A DNA stretch of 35,109 nt from an uncultured Dehalococcoidaceae bacterium. Lineage in GTDB: Bacteria > Chloroflexota > Dehalococcoidia > Dehalococcoidales > RBG-16-60-22. The stretch covers positions 1 through 35,109 of the forward strand of contig CAZZAU010000001.1 of the NCBI GenBank assembly GCA_964652725.1. Direction: 5' to 3'. Below, in pieces: positions 8,374-17,334 of this stretch. Numbering within the stretch: the first letter of the stretch is position 1; every line of letters starts with the position of its first letter. The notes beneath the pieces are model-generated. The model ran no database searches and had not been told where the DNA came from. It saw only the letters and a program-made list of their open reading frames with translations. The translations under genes were made by a program, and so were the position numbers.

Positions 8374-9023
8374 AGGTGAAAAAGAGAAAACGCCGCGCCG
8401 GATACCTGTATAGCCCTGCGGAGATTTTTGACTTCTTCAAGCCACGGGGGCTGGTGCTGGATTTGGGGTGCGGTGGAGGGAGGAACACCCACTTCATGCT
8501 GGAGCAAGGGCTTGCTGTAGTGGCTATGGACAATTCTCCAAAATTGGTGTCACTGGACAACAATGCAGTCCGAAGTGATGGGACAGAGCTTCCCTTCAGA
8601 GACGAATCCTTTGATAGCGTACTATGCAACCATGTGCTGGAGCACCTACCTGATCCGGAACCGTGCATTAAAGAGGTGCACCGCGTGTTGAAAAGAGCAG
8701 GAGTGGCCTGTTTCGCTGCGCCGTGTCTCAATATTCCGCTGAAGATGCTGGTGCCCTTGTATCGCAGGCTCGCGCGTTTCGACCTTACCCGTGCACGGGA
8801 AGAGCATCTACATGTATTCAGCGTCAGACAACTTCTCTCCATGCTGGAGCCCTCTTTCCAGCTTACCGACGTCCGTTATACAGACTTCGCCACCATCATG
8901 CAGCGTCGGATGGGCATCGGTTACGGCCTAGACCACCTGCTATCGGCAGCCACCGAGAAAGTATCTCCCCTCCGCTATTTTGCCGCCAGTGTGCTTGTCA
9001 GGTGCATTAAACTTCAGGATTGA
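8361..9023 (+). CDS. class I SAM-dependent methyltransferase (Methyltransf_11-like)
   Basis: VLDLGCGGGRN, LPFRDESFDSVLCNHVLEHLPDP. The alternative start at 8370 would give an ATGA overlap with the preceding stop (8371-8373). Confidence 0.75.
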   Translation: MCNMKVKKRKRRAGYLYSPAEIFDFFKPRGLVLDLGCGGGRNTHFMLEQGLAVVAMDNSPKLVSLDNNAVRSDGTELPFRDESFDSVLCNHVLEHLPDPEPCIKEVHRVLKRAGVACFAAPCLNIPLKMLVPLYRRLARFDLTRAREEHLHVFSVRQLLSMLEPSFQLTDVRYTDFATIMQRRMGIGYGLDHLLSAATEKVSPLRYFAASVLVRCIKLQD

Positions 9024-9041
9024 CCTAGCGTTAATAATGGA

Positions 9042-10205
9042 ATGGATGGAAAAAGACGCAATATAGCGCTGGTAACCATACCCATCGCCAACCTGAAGGG
9101 CGACCCGGTGCTCCCCCTGGTGGAGATACTGAGAGAAGCCTGTGATGAGCTTCACGTTGTCACCGCCGGGCCGTACCTTGAGAAATGCCTGTCCAGCACC
9201 AGCGTGCATATCCGGAAAGTCAGTCCGGTATCACCGGGCGAGCACTGGATGAAGAAGATGATGAAATATGTGGGCGTGCAGTGGAAGACCTGTGTCAACA
9301 TCAAAAAAATCTCCGGCAGAATCGATACCGTGGTGTTTGCGGCGGGCAGCACCCTTTTCCTGCTGCCGTTGCTTTTGAGCAAGCTCCTGAGGAAGAAGGT
9401 GATATCCATAGTCGTCGCTTCCGAGCCCAGGATGGCCAGAGTGATGTACGGCAAGGCTATCGGTGGAATGGGAGGCATCCTTTTTTACTTCATCTTCAAA
9501 CTACTGGAGATGGCCAACTGCTCCCTGTCCGACCGGATAGTGGTCAGCTTCGAGACCACCGTTGACCACGTGGGCTTGAGGCGGTACGGGGACAAGGTGG
9601 TGATAGGTAACTACAACAACTACTACGTCGGGGAGCATTTCAGCATCCGCAAAAGCCTGGCGGAAAGAGCAAATACCATCGGCTATGTGGGCCGCCTGAG
9701 CCGGGAGAAAGGGGTGCTGGAGCTCGCCGAAGCCATTCCTCTCGTGGTAAGCAGGATAGAAGGAGCGCGCTTTCTCATCATCGGCGATGGCTCCCTGGCT
9801 GCCGAGATGAAGGTGGCGTTGAGAGAGGCAGGCTGCCTGGAACGAGTAGCCTTCGCCGGCTGGGTCTCGCCCGATGAGGTAGCGGCCTATCTCAACCGGA
9901 TGAAGCTCTTCGTCCTGCCATCTTATACGGAGGGGGGCAGCCGCACCTGCCTGGAAGCTATGGCCTGCGGCGCCATCGTGCTGGCGAGCGCGGTGGGCGG
10001 GTTGCTGAGCATGGTGACCGACGGCAAGACGGGGTTTTTGCTGGAGGATAACAGGCCACATACTATCGCCGCGAAGCTTGCGGAGGTCTGGGACCACCCC
10101 GGGCTGGGGGATGTTCAGAAACGGGCCAGCTCCTATGTGAAAAAGAACTTCTCTTATTCGAAGGCGGTGGCCAGGTGGGAAGAGATATTGAGCGGCATAT
10201 CATAG
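9042..10205 (+). CDS. GT4-family (GT-B) glycosyltransferase
   Basis: YVGRLSREKGV, LIIGDGSL, VLPSYTEGGSRTCLEAMACGAIVLASAVGGL...DGKTGFLLE (E-x7-E type GT4 C-terminal domain). Confidence 0.85.
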   Translation: MDGKRRNIALVTIPIANLKGDPVLPLVEILREACDELHVVTAGPYLEKCLSSTSVHIRKVSPVSPGEHWMKKMMKYVGVQWKTCVNIKKISGRIDTVVFAAGSTLFLLPLLLSKLLRKKVISIVVASEPRMARVMYGKAIGGMGGILFYFIFKLLEMANCSLSDRIVVSFETTVDHVGLRRYGDKVVIGNYNNYYVGEHFSIRKSLAERANTIGYVGRLSREKGVLELAEAIPLVVSRIEGARFLIIGDGSLAAEMKVALREAGCLERVAFAGWVSPDEVAAYLNRMKLFVLPSYTEGGSRTCLEAMACGAIVLASAVGGLLSMVTDGKTGFLLEDNRPHTIAAKLAEVWDHPGLGDVQKRASSYVKKNFSYSKAVARWEEILSGIS

Positions 10206-10215
10206 CCTGAAAGAG

Positions 10216-10812
10216 ATGCATATGGCAAAACATACCGACTATAATCTGTGGCTGCTGGAAGAGAAGAAGAAGTATCTGGAGCTTTTCCCGGAAGACGTTT
10301 CCACCGTGCTGGATGTGGGCTGCGGGAGGGGTGAGCTGCTGCATATCCTCAAAGGTCGTGGCTACGAGCGCGTGGAAGGGTGCGACGTGGACGAGAGGTG
10401 CCTGGAAAAAAGCGCGCGGTTCGCTCCGGTAAGCAGGGTAGATATCCTGGAACTGTCAAAGCGTTTTCCGCCGGGTAGTTTTGATCTGACAGTATGCCTC
10501 CATATTCTTGAGCATGTGCCGCATCCGTATCTGGCCTTGCAGGAATTGAAGGCGGTAAGCAGCAAATACATATTGCTCGCGGTGCCCAATGCCCGTTGCA
10601 TTGCCTATGATGAGAGTCCGGCCCATCTTTACAGCTGGAATGGAGACACCTTGCGGAACCTTATTGAAGCTGCCGGACTAAAAGTGATAAAACTGAAGCA
10701 GGACAGGACAAATCTGTTTCCCAATGTCCTGAGATTCGCTCCGGTGATAAACAGGGTGCTGCTCAAATTATTCGTGGGGCCGAATGAGCTGGTAGTATTG
10801 TGCACCAAGTAA
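10216..10812 (+). CDS. class I SAM-dependent methyltransferase
   Basis: VLDVGCGRGELL, FDLTVCLHILEHVPHP. Confidence 0.75.
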   Translation: MHMAKHTDYNLWLLEEKKKYLELFPEDVSTVLDVGCGRGELLHILKGRGYERVEGCDVDERCLEKSARFAPVSRVDILELSKRFPPGSFDLTVCLHILEHVPHPYLALQELKAVSSKYILLAVPNARCIAYDESPAHLYSWNGDTLRNLIEAAGLKVIKLKQDRTNLFPNVLRFAPVINRVLLKLFVGPNELVVLCTK

Positions 10813-10836
10813 CGCCAGATATTGTATGGAATTAAG

Positions 10837-12012
10837 ATGATGAAGAGACCACCAACCATTGCCGTAGTCACCTTCCCTCTGTATAACCAGGTCCCCCTGT
10901 GCTCTCTGGTGCTGATTTTGCGGGAGCTGGCACGGGAGCTGACTGTGATTACGGGCGATTTCCCGCCGGACGGGGTAGGACAGAATGTGCGCGTGGTCAA
11001 CATCAGTTATGAATCGAAGAATCGGTCACTGCCAGGGCGTATACTGGGATACCTGCTCATCCAGCTTAAAATATCGTACCGTCTGCTGACTGATGGGAGG
11101 AAGGCGGACATCGTTTTCTTCTTTGTTGGCGGCGCCATGCTTACCTTTCCCGTCCTTGCCGCCAGACTGATGAACAAGAGGACGGTCCAGCTTGTGGCCG
11201 GCTCCGGCTCTATGAGCGCCAGGGACACCTACCGGAAATATCTGTTCGGTGGTGGCGGTGCCGTTTTCGGCCCCATTCTGGGGGCCGCGGAAAGGCTCAG
11301 CTTTGCTCTCTGCGATAAGATTGTTACGTACACAGGGAGCACAGTGCAGGCTTTGGGACTGGACAGATACCGTCACAAGCTCGTCACCAACGGAGCCCGC
11401 TTCGTGGATACGGACTCGTTCCGGGTGCTCAAAAGACCGGACGAACGGAAAAACATAATCGGCTATGTCGGTCGTTTTAGCCCTGAAAAAGGCATTCTGG
11501 ACCTGGTCAGGGCTATTCCTGTGGTGCTGGCCGGAACGGACAACGCCGAGTTCGTTATCCGGGGAGACGGCCCGTTGCGCGAGCAAATAGAGGCAGGGCT
11601 GGCAGGCTGTCCGGGCAGGGAGCGGGTGACCGTTGCCGGCTGGATTCCCAACAGAGAGATGCCACAGGCCCTCAACCGGCTCAAGTTGCTGGTTTTGCCC
11701 TCGCATACGGAGGGCCTGCCGGGAATCATCATGGAGGCGATGGCCTGCGGGACGCCGGTCCTGGCTACACCGGTTGGCGGCGTACCCGACCTGATAACCC
11801 ATGGTGAAACGGGCTTCTTTCTCGCAGACAGCTCCCCGGAGACAATTGCCCGGGGCATCCTGGAGGCGCTGCAGCACCCGGCATTGCCGGCTATCGTCAG
11901 CAATGCCCGTAGTCTGATTGAGAAAGAATATACGTTTGCCGCGGCCGTAAAACGTTATACTGAAATCCTGGCCCGGCCACAGGAATCCTGCCCTGAAGGT
12001 GCTTCACTATGA
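10837..12012 (+). CDS. GT4-family glycosyltransferase (paralog of 9042-10205)
   Basis: YVGRFSPEKGI, VIRGDGPL, VLPSHTEGLPGIIMEAMACGTPVLATPVGGVPDLITHGETGFFL. ATG at 10837 chosen; the ORF opens with TTG at 10822. Confidence 0.85.
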   Translation: MMKRPPTIAVVTFPLYNQVPLCSLVLILRELARELTVITGDFPPDGVGQNVRVVNISYESKNRSLPGRILGYLLIQLKISYRLLTDGRKADIVFFFVGGAMLTFPVLAARLMNKRTVQLVAGSGSMSARDTYRKYLFGGGGAVFGPILGAAERLSFALCDKIVTYTGSTVQALGLDRYRHKLVTNGARFVDTDSFRVLKRPDERKNIIGYVGRFSPEKGILDLVRAIPVVLAGTDNAEFVIRGDGPLREQIEAGLAGCPGRERVTVAGWIPNREMPQALNRLKLLVLPSHTEGLPGIIMEAMACGTPVLATPVGGVPDLITHGETGFFLADSSPETIARGILEALQHPALPAIVSNARSLIEKEYTFAAAVKRYTEILARPQESCPEGASL

Positions 12013-13367
12013 AAGCTCTGAGCAAGCATATTTTTACCCCGCTGCTGGAAAGACGAGTGCACGGAAGCACCTTCAAGCGGCTGAAAGAACTGGAGCATAC
12101 GCAGTGGTGGCCGCGGGAAAAGCTCGTTGCGCTGCAAAACGTACGGCTCGTCGGGCTGATAAGCGCTGCTTACCAGAACACTGCGTATTACCGGAAAGCG
12201 CTGGCCGAGCGCGGACTCGTGCCGCAGAACATCAGCACGATGGACGACCTCGCGAAGCTGCCCGTGCTGACCAGGGCGGCGGTGAGAGACAACTTCCATG
12301 CCCTCATAGCGGAAAACCTGAAGCCAGGCCGGATGAAGCTGGGAGAGACGGGCGGCACCACCGGCGAGCCGCTGAGATTCATGAAACCCGGGGACGAGGG
12401 GTGGGGCTGGGGCGCCTACTACCGCGGTCTGGAGTGGTACGGGTTGAGCAGCGGAGACAAACATTCCCTTATCTGGGGTTACTCTCCCGCCGCCTCCAGA
12501 GTCGCCTCATTCCTGGCCGGGACAGGGCATTTCCTGAGAAATTGCGCTTTCCTTAATGCCTTTGACCTGTCCGAAGCCAGAATGGCGGCGTTTGCCTCGA
12601 AACTGAAGAAGTTCCAGCCCAAGGCCATAGCGGGATACTCGTCCGCAGTATATATCTTTGCCGAGTACGTAAAACAGAGCCAGATTCAGGGTATCAGGCC
12701 GGGACTGGCGATTACCACTGCCGAGAAGCTGTACGATTACCAGAGACAGGCAATAAAGGAAGCATTTGAGTGCGACGTATTTCAGTACTACGGCTCGCGA
12801 GAAGTCGCCTCTCTGGGCTATGAATGCCCGCAGCATCACGGCTATCACACTTCTATGGAGAACGTGGTGCTGGAAACAGTCGATGAGCGCGGCAATCGGG
12901 TAAAGCCCGGAGAGGTGGGAAGGGTGCTGGTGACCGACCTCCACAACTATGCCATGCCGCTGATTCGCTACGAGTTGGGGGACCTGGGGATTCTATCAGA
13001 TGAAGCATGCCCGTGCGGACGAGGGCTATCAGTCATCGCATCAATCGAAGGGAGAATGACGGACGTCATCGTTTGTTCCCGGGGATTCATATCACCGGTG
13101 GCGCTTACTACCTATGTTTTCAAAGACATGCCTGTCAGGCAATTTCAAGTAGTTCAGGAAACGCTCGATGACGTCCGGGTGAAGGTGGTGCCCGGCGAGG
13201 GGTTCGGCAGGGAAGAAACCGGGCGTATCAAAGAAGCCCTGCAGGCCCGCATGGGTATGGGGACGCATGTCGGCGTGGAGCTTGTTGATGATATCCCGCC
13301 ATCACCATCGTCAGGGAAGCGGCGGGTGGTGATATCAAAGGTGCCTTCTCAGCACAACGGGCTTTAG
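12009..13367 (+). CDS. PaaK/CapK-like adenylate-forming enzyme (phenylacetate-CoA ligase / F390 synthetase family)
   Basis: GETGGTTGEPLRF (AMP-binding P-loop analogue of SSGTTGKP), YYGSREV, and the length and layout of CapK-like capsule proteins. Start overlaps the previous stop (ATGA at 12009-12012). Confidence 0.7.
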   Translation: MKALSKHIFTPLLERRVHGSTFKRLKELEHTQWWPREKLVALQNVRLVGLISAAYQNTAYYRKALAERGLVPQNISTMDDLAKLPVLTRAAVRDNFHALIAENLKPGRMKLGETGGTTGEPLRFMKPGDEGWGWGAYYRGLEWYGLSSGDKHSLIWGYSPAASRVASFLAGTGHFLRNCAFLNAFDLSEARMAAFASKLKKFQPKAIAGYSSAVYIFAEYVKQSQIQGIRPGLAITTAEKLYDYQRQAIKEAFECDVFQYYGSREVASLGYECPQHHGYHTSMENVVLETVDERGNRVKPGEVGRVLVTDLHNYAMPLIRYELGDLGILSDEACPCGRGLSVIASIEGRMTDVIVCSRGFISPVALTTYVFKDMPVRQFQVVQETLDDVRVKVVPGEGFGREETGRIKEALQARMGMGTHVGVELVDDIPPSPSSGKRRVVISKVPSQHNGL

Positions 13368-13374
13368 AGTTCTG

Positions 13375-14481
13375 ATGAGAATCGTCTTTCTGTCGCACTG
13401 GTTTCTGCCGAACAAGATAGGCGGCAGCGAGCTGGCGCTCTACCGCTTCGCCCGGGAGATGGCGGAGCGGGGGCATGAATGTCACGTTATCACCCGGCTC
13501 GATAGCATAGACCGCCCCGCCTTTGAAATCATGGAAGGAATCCACGTGCACCGCCTGAAGAAACCAGGTGCCCGGATTATCGGCCCCTTTCTGTACGGAC
13601 TAAAAGCGGCGCGCCTGGTGCGGCGGCTGGTGCCGGACGTCGTCCACGAGCAGGCCATACAGGGGCTGGGACCCATAGTAAAGCGGTTCTGCCAGGCTCC
13701 GTACATCTTGTTTCCCAGGAGCACCGGGTTCTGCGCCCCGGCAAACGTCTATGCCAGGCTTGTAGCCAGGACCACGTTGAGACACGCCGACGTCCTTCTT
13801 GGCCAGAGCGGAAGCATCGCCATGGAAATGCGGCGGCTTTGCGGGAAAGAGGTTTCAGTGATACCGAACGGGGTGGAGCCGGAGAGATTTGCGGGCATTT
13901 CGAAGCCAGCTGCCAGAAAGAAGCTGGGGATAGCCGATGGTGAGAAAGTACTGCTATGCGTGGCCAACCTGCACCGCATAAAGGGACATTGCTATCTCCT
14001 CCAGGCGATGGAGACGGTAGCGGAAAGCGTCCCCGGCGTTCGCCTGTTCCTGGTGGGCAGAGACCATAACGATGGCAGCATACCCGCTACGGCATTGGAG
14101 AGGCTCAAGCAGCACATCGTCCTGACTGGCCAGGTGCCGCCGGAAGAAATTCCCGTCTATATGGCGGCAGCGGATATCTTTGTGCTGCCGAGCCTGAGCG
14201 AAGGAGTGCCCAACGTGCTGCTGGAGGCGATGGCAGCGGGCCTGCCGGTGGTGGCTACCGACGTGGGAGGAGTGCCGGAGCTGATTGCCGACGGCGAGAA
14301 CGGGTTGCTGGTGAAGCCGGGAAACAGTGAACAGCTGGCGGCAAAGCTCCTCGCTCTGCTGAAGGACGATGCCCTCCGGGAGAGAATGGCGCTACGCAAC
14401 CGGCGAGAAGCCAAAAAGTACGCCTGGCCTGCCATCATCGACTCTCTGGAGAAGGTCTATCTGGAGACAGGTAGGCGATGA
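13375..14481 (+). CDS. GT4-family glycosyltransferase
   Basis: MRIVFLSHWFLPNKIGGSE N-terminus. FVLPSLSEGVPNVLLEAMAAGLPVVATDVGGVPELIADGENGLLV. Confidence 0.85.
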   Translation: MRIVFLSHWFLPNKIGGSELALYRFAREMAERGHECHVITRLDSIDRPAFEIMEGIHVHRLKKPGARIIGPFLYGLKAARLVRRLVPDVVHEQAIQGLGPIVKRFCQAPYILFPRSTGFCAPANVYARLVARTTLRHADVLLGQSGSIAMEMRRLCGKEVSVIPNGVEPERFAGISKPAARKKLGIADGEKVLLCVANLHRIKGHCYLLQAMETVAESVPGVRLFLVGRDHNDGSIPATALERLKQHIVLTGQVPPEEIPVYMAAADIFVLPSLSEGVPNVLLEAMAAGLPVVATDVGGVPELIADGENGLLVKPGNSEQLAAKLLALLKDDALRERMALRNRREAKKYAWPAIIDSLEKVYLETGRR

Positions 14482-16294
14482 CGGCGCCGCTATCGTACAG
14501 GCGGGAAAGCCCCTGCTCGCTAAGCAACTGCAGCAGGTCATAGTCCAGCTTCAGAAATCCCCGCCCGCCCGGAAACACGTGGTTCAGGTTATAGTCCCGT
14601 ATCACCAGCAGACCGCCGGCATTTTCGAAATCCTTTTCAATCAGATATCCAATGGATGATTCCCTGGGCAGACCGTCATCGAAGAGATGATTGTAAGGGA
14701 TTTCCACCATAATCCGGCCCCGGTACAGTGATGAGATGGTCCGGGAGGCGGTAACCTCGGAATGGGTAAAGGCAGTCCGGTAGGTGGTACTCTGAACATA
14801 GACGGGACTATCACGGTTGGCATGCGGGCCGGCCACCTGCAGAAATGTCAGAGCACCGGTGATAACCAGGAGCGCGGCGTACTTCCAGACGCCGCCGCGG
14901 AGCGAGTTGACCAGAAGGATAACTCCCACCGCCACCAGACTTCCGAGCAGAATCTGGGAGTAGGCGAGGAAGCGGTCCGGCAAAAGGTCTCCCAGCCGAA
15001 AAGCCCCGCCGGCGAAAGCTACGGCGGTGGCGACAATCCCCGCCGAGGCAAAGCAGAAACGGTACGGGCTTCTCACACCGCGGGAGAGTAAGGCAAGAAT
15101 GCCGATTATGGCGAGGAAGTAGTACAGCAGCAGACCGCTGCGGCTGAGCACCAGTTCCCCGTAGCTGACCGCTCTTGTCAGGTACTGGCTGGTTATCAGC
15201 AGCGCCGATTGCTGCTCCATCTGAAAAGCGTACTTGATGCTCCAGACGATGTGCCTGAACTGGCCGGAGATGTACGCCCAGTAAGCCAGCGGGACGACCG
15301 CAGAGAAAATGACCAGGTAGGCGTTGACCAGAGGTCTTCCGGCGTGAAACAACCATCCGTAGGTCTTCTGTCCCCCCCACGAGGCCAGGAAGATAAGGCA
15401 GATGGCAAATGAGGCCAGGGCATGGGTCATCACGGTGAGCGCCACCAGGGAGAAGGTCAGGGCGGTGAACCTGGCGTCTCGCTTTCCGGAAAAGACCAGA
15501 TAGGTCAGCAAGATGACCAGAGCGATGCCCAGGGTATTGGGTATGGCCCAAAGGCCGTTGTGGATGTACCATCCCGCCGTGCCCACCATCAGCGCGGACA
15601 AAAGACCGACTCGGAAGTCGAACAGGCGCTCGCCGATAACGAAAACGAAAGCCACTATCGCCAGGTAGAAGGTGCCGATGTACAGTATTCCGGCGAACTT
15701 GTAGCTCAGGCCGGTCAGAAGGGAAGCGGTGCCTATGCCGAAAGGCATGACCGGCATATCGGCGTACACGTAGGTGGGCGCAATACGGCCGGTGGCGAGC
15801 ATCTGCATTACCGCCTCGGCGTGCCCCCAGACATCGATGCCGTTCAGGGAGGGAAACATTATCTGAGGCACCCATTGCAAAGCCATAGCCAGCAGCAGTA
15901 TCTTCGCCAGGCAAAAGCGAATATGTGCCCGGCTATCCGGAATGAGCACCGCCTCCAGGGCCAGAAGGGCGGCCAGAACGGCGACGGCAACGAAGTAGGC
16001 AGTGGGTCGAACATAAGACGCTGAGCGGGAGATGAGAAGCAACATACTGTAAGTGAAGATGGTGAAGAAAGCGATGTTGAACAGCAGATATGCCCGCCGA
16101 CCAAGGCGAAAACCGGCAGGCGCCGTTGTGAAGGGGCTCCTGCGGGCAACGGCCAGGTAGGTTACGCACGCCAGCGCCAGCGCTATACCAAACTCGCCGT
16201 ACTTTGCCTGCCACAGTACCAGCAACAGAACGGCACCCAGCGCCAGCCCGGCCAGCGCGCTTACCCTGTCCAGGTTGTCAAACAGTCTGCTCAC
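14435..16294 (-). CDS. large polytopic membrane protein, GT-C-like candidate, with C-terminal soluble domain
   Basis: 619-aa ORF with a GTG start preceded by GGAGA. The first ~500 aa are almost entirely hydrophobic helices; the last ~120 aa are soluble. Loop motif GIDVWGH is shared with the 19741-21204 protein. No family assignment possible without a search. Confidence 0.6.
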   Translation of the reverse strand: MSRLFDNLDRVSALAGLALGAVLLLVLWQAKYGEFGIALALACVTYLAVARRSPFTTAPAGFRLGRRAYLLFNIAFFTIFTYSMLLLISRSASYVRPTAYFVAVAVLAALLALEAVLIPDSRAHIRFCLAKILLLAMALQWVPQIMFPSLNGIDVWGHAEAVMQMLATGRIAPTYVYADMPVMPFGIGTASLLTGLSYKFAGILYIGTFYLAIVAFVFVIGERLFDFRVGLLSALMVGTAGWYIHNGLWAIPNTLGIALVILLTYLVFSGKRDARFTALTFSLVALTVMTHALASFAICLIFLASWGGQKTYGWLFHAGRPLVNAYLVIFSAVVPLAYWAYISGQFRHIVWSIKYAFQMEQQSALLITSQYLTRAVSYGELVLSRSGLLLYYFLAIIGILALLSRGVRSPYRFCFASAGIVATAVAFAGGAFRLGDLLPDRFLAYSQILLGSLVAVGVILLVNSLRGGVWKYAALLVITGALTFLQVAGPHANRDSPVYVQSTTYRTAFTHSEVTASRTISSLYRGRIMVEIPYNHLFDDGLPRESSIGYLIEKDFENAGGLLVIRDYNLNHVFPGGRGFLKLDYDLLQLLSEQGLSRLYDSGAVIAYLSPDRPSPESR

Positions 16295-16328
16295 GGGCGG
16301 TCTCCGGATGACGTCGGGTGAAAGTGCA

Positions 16329-17330
16329 TCACCGCATTTCCTTCCCGCCGGCGCGCCTGCTCCCGGACAGGAGCGACTTCAAAGCATGGTGCGCCCCGGT
16401 CAGGCCGTCGTTGGCCCTACTGCCCAGGAAAGACATCAGATATGACAGCATGTTCCTTACGTCATGGGGGGCCAGGGCTATTGCCCGGACATACTCTCTC
16501 CGGGCGGCAGTGAAATCGCCACGGCTCAGGCAGGCTCTCGCTACCGAGCGGTGAAGGTAGTGACGCGCCTTCCTGTCCAGGTGCGCATATAAGGCCTCTA
16601 TCCCCTGCTCCTCTATTTGCTCGAGCAGGCGGGCCGATGCCCTTCCGCTGGCTATACGCAGGGCGAGAAGATGGTAGAGAGCGCCTTCCCGCCTCTTTTG
16701 CGCCTGGACACTCTCCCGGTGTCTTCGTTTCCAGTACAGCGGTTCGGTCAGATTGGCCACCGTGTAGCGGCCGGCAATTCTGAGCCACAGCTCGTAGTCC
16801 TGCGAGTAGCGAAAGAGCTCATGGTACGGGCCCACCTGGTCCAGAACGCTCTTGCGCAACATCACCGAGCCGTGAACGAATTGATTGTGCATCCTGAGCT
16901 TGCGTTCGGGGTACGGTGAGGGCGTCTCCCGGCGCAGGACCCGCCCATCCTCGTCGATGATGCAGACTCCCGTACCCAGCAGCCCTACCTCGGGGTGCCG
17001 TTCCAGATAGGTGACTTGTTTGGCAAAGCGGGCGGGGAGAGAGACATCGTCCGCGTCCTGCCTGGCGATGTAGTGGCCGGAGGCCAGGCCGAGGGCGACG
17101 TTGAGCGAGCGGGTGAGGCCAATGTTGCGCCCGTTGCTGACGGACCTTATTCTGGGGTCGGCGTAGCTCCTGATAATGGCTGAGGAACCGTCTGTGGAGC
17201 CGTCATCGACGATGATGAATTCGAAGTCGCCGAAGGTCTGCCCGAGCACGCTTTCCATCGCCCGGCCGAGATAGCGTTCCCCATTGTGGACCGCCATAAT
17301 GACGCTGATTCCCGGCCGGTCTTGTGTCAT
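16329..17330 (-). CDS. GT2 glycosyltransferase with C-terminal TPR-like tail
   Basis: ISVIMAVHNGERYLGRAMESVLGQTF, FEFIIVDDGSTDGS, ARQDADDVS. The C-terminal region RACLSRGDFTAARREYVRAIALAPHD resembles a TPR. Confidence 0.8.
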   Translation of the reverse strand: MTQDRPGISVIMAVHNGERYLGRAMESVLGQTFGDFEFIIVDDGSTDGSSAIIRSYADPRIRSVSNGRNIGLTRSLNVALGLASGHYIARQDADDVSLPARFAKQVTYLERHPEVGLLGTGVCIIDEDGRVLRRETPSPYPERKLRMHNQFVHGSVMLRKSVLDQVGPYHELFRYSQDYELWLRIAGRYTVANLTEPLYWKRRHRESVQAQKRREGALYHLLALRIASGRASARLLEQIEEQGIEALYAHLDRKARHYLHRSVARACLSRGDFTAARREYVRAIALAPHDVRNMLSYLMSFLGSRANDGLTGAHHALKSLLSGSRRAGGKEMR

Positions 17331-17334
17331 AGCG

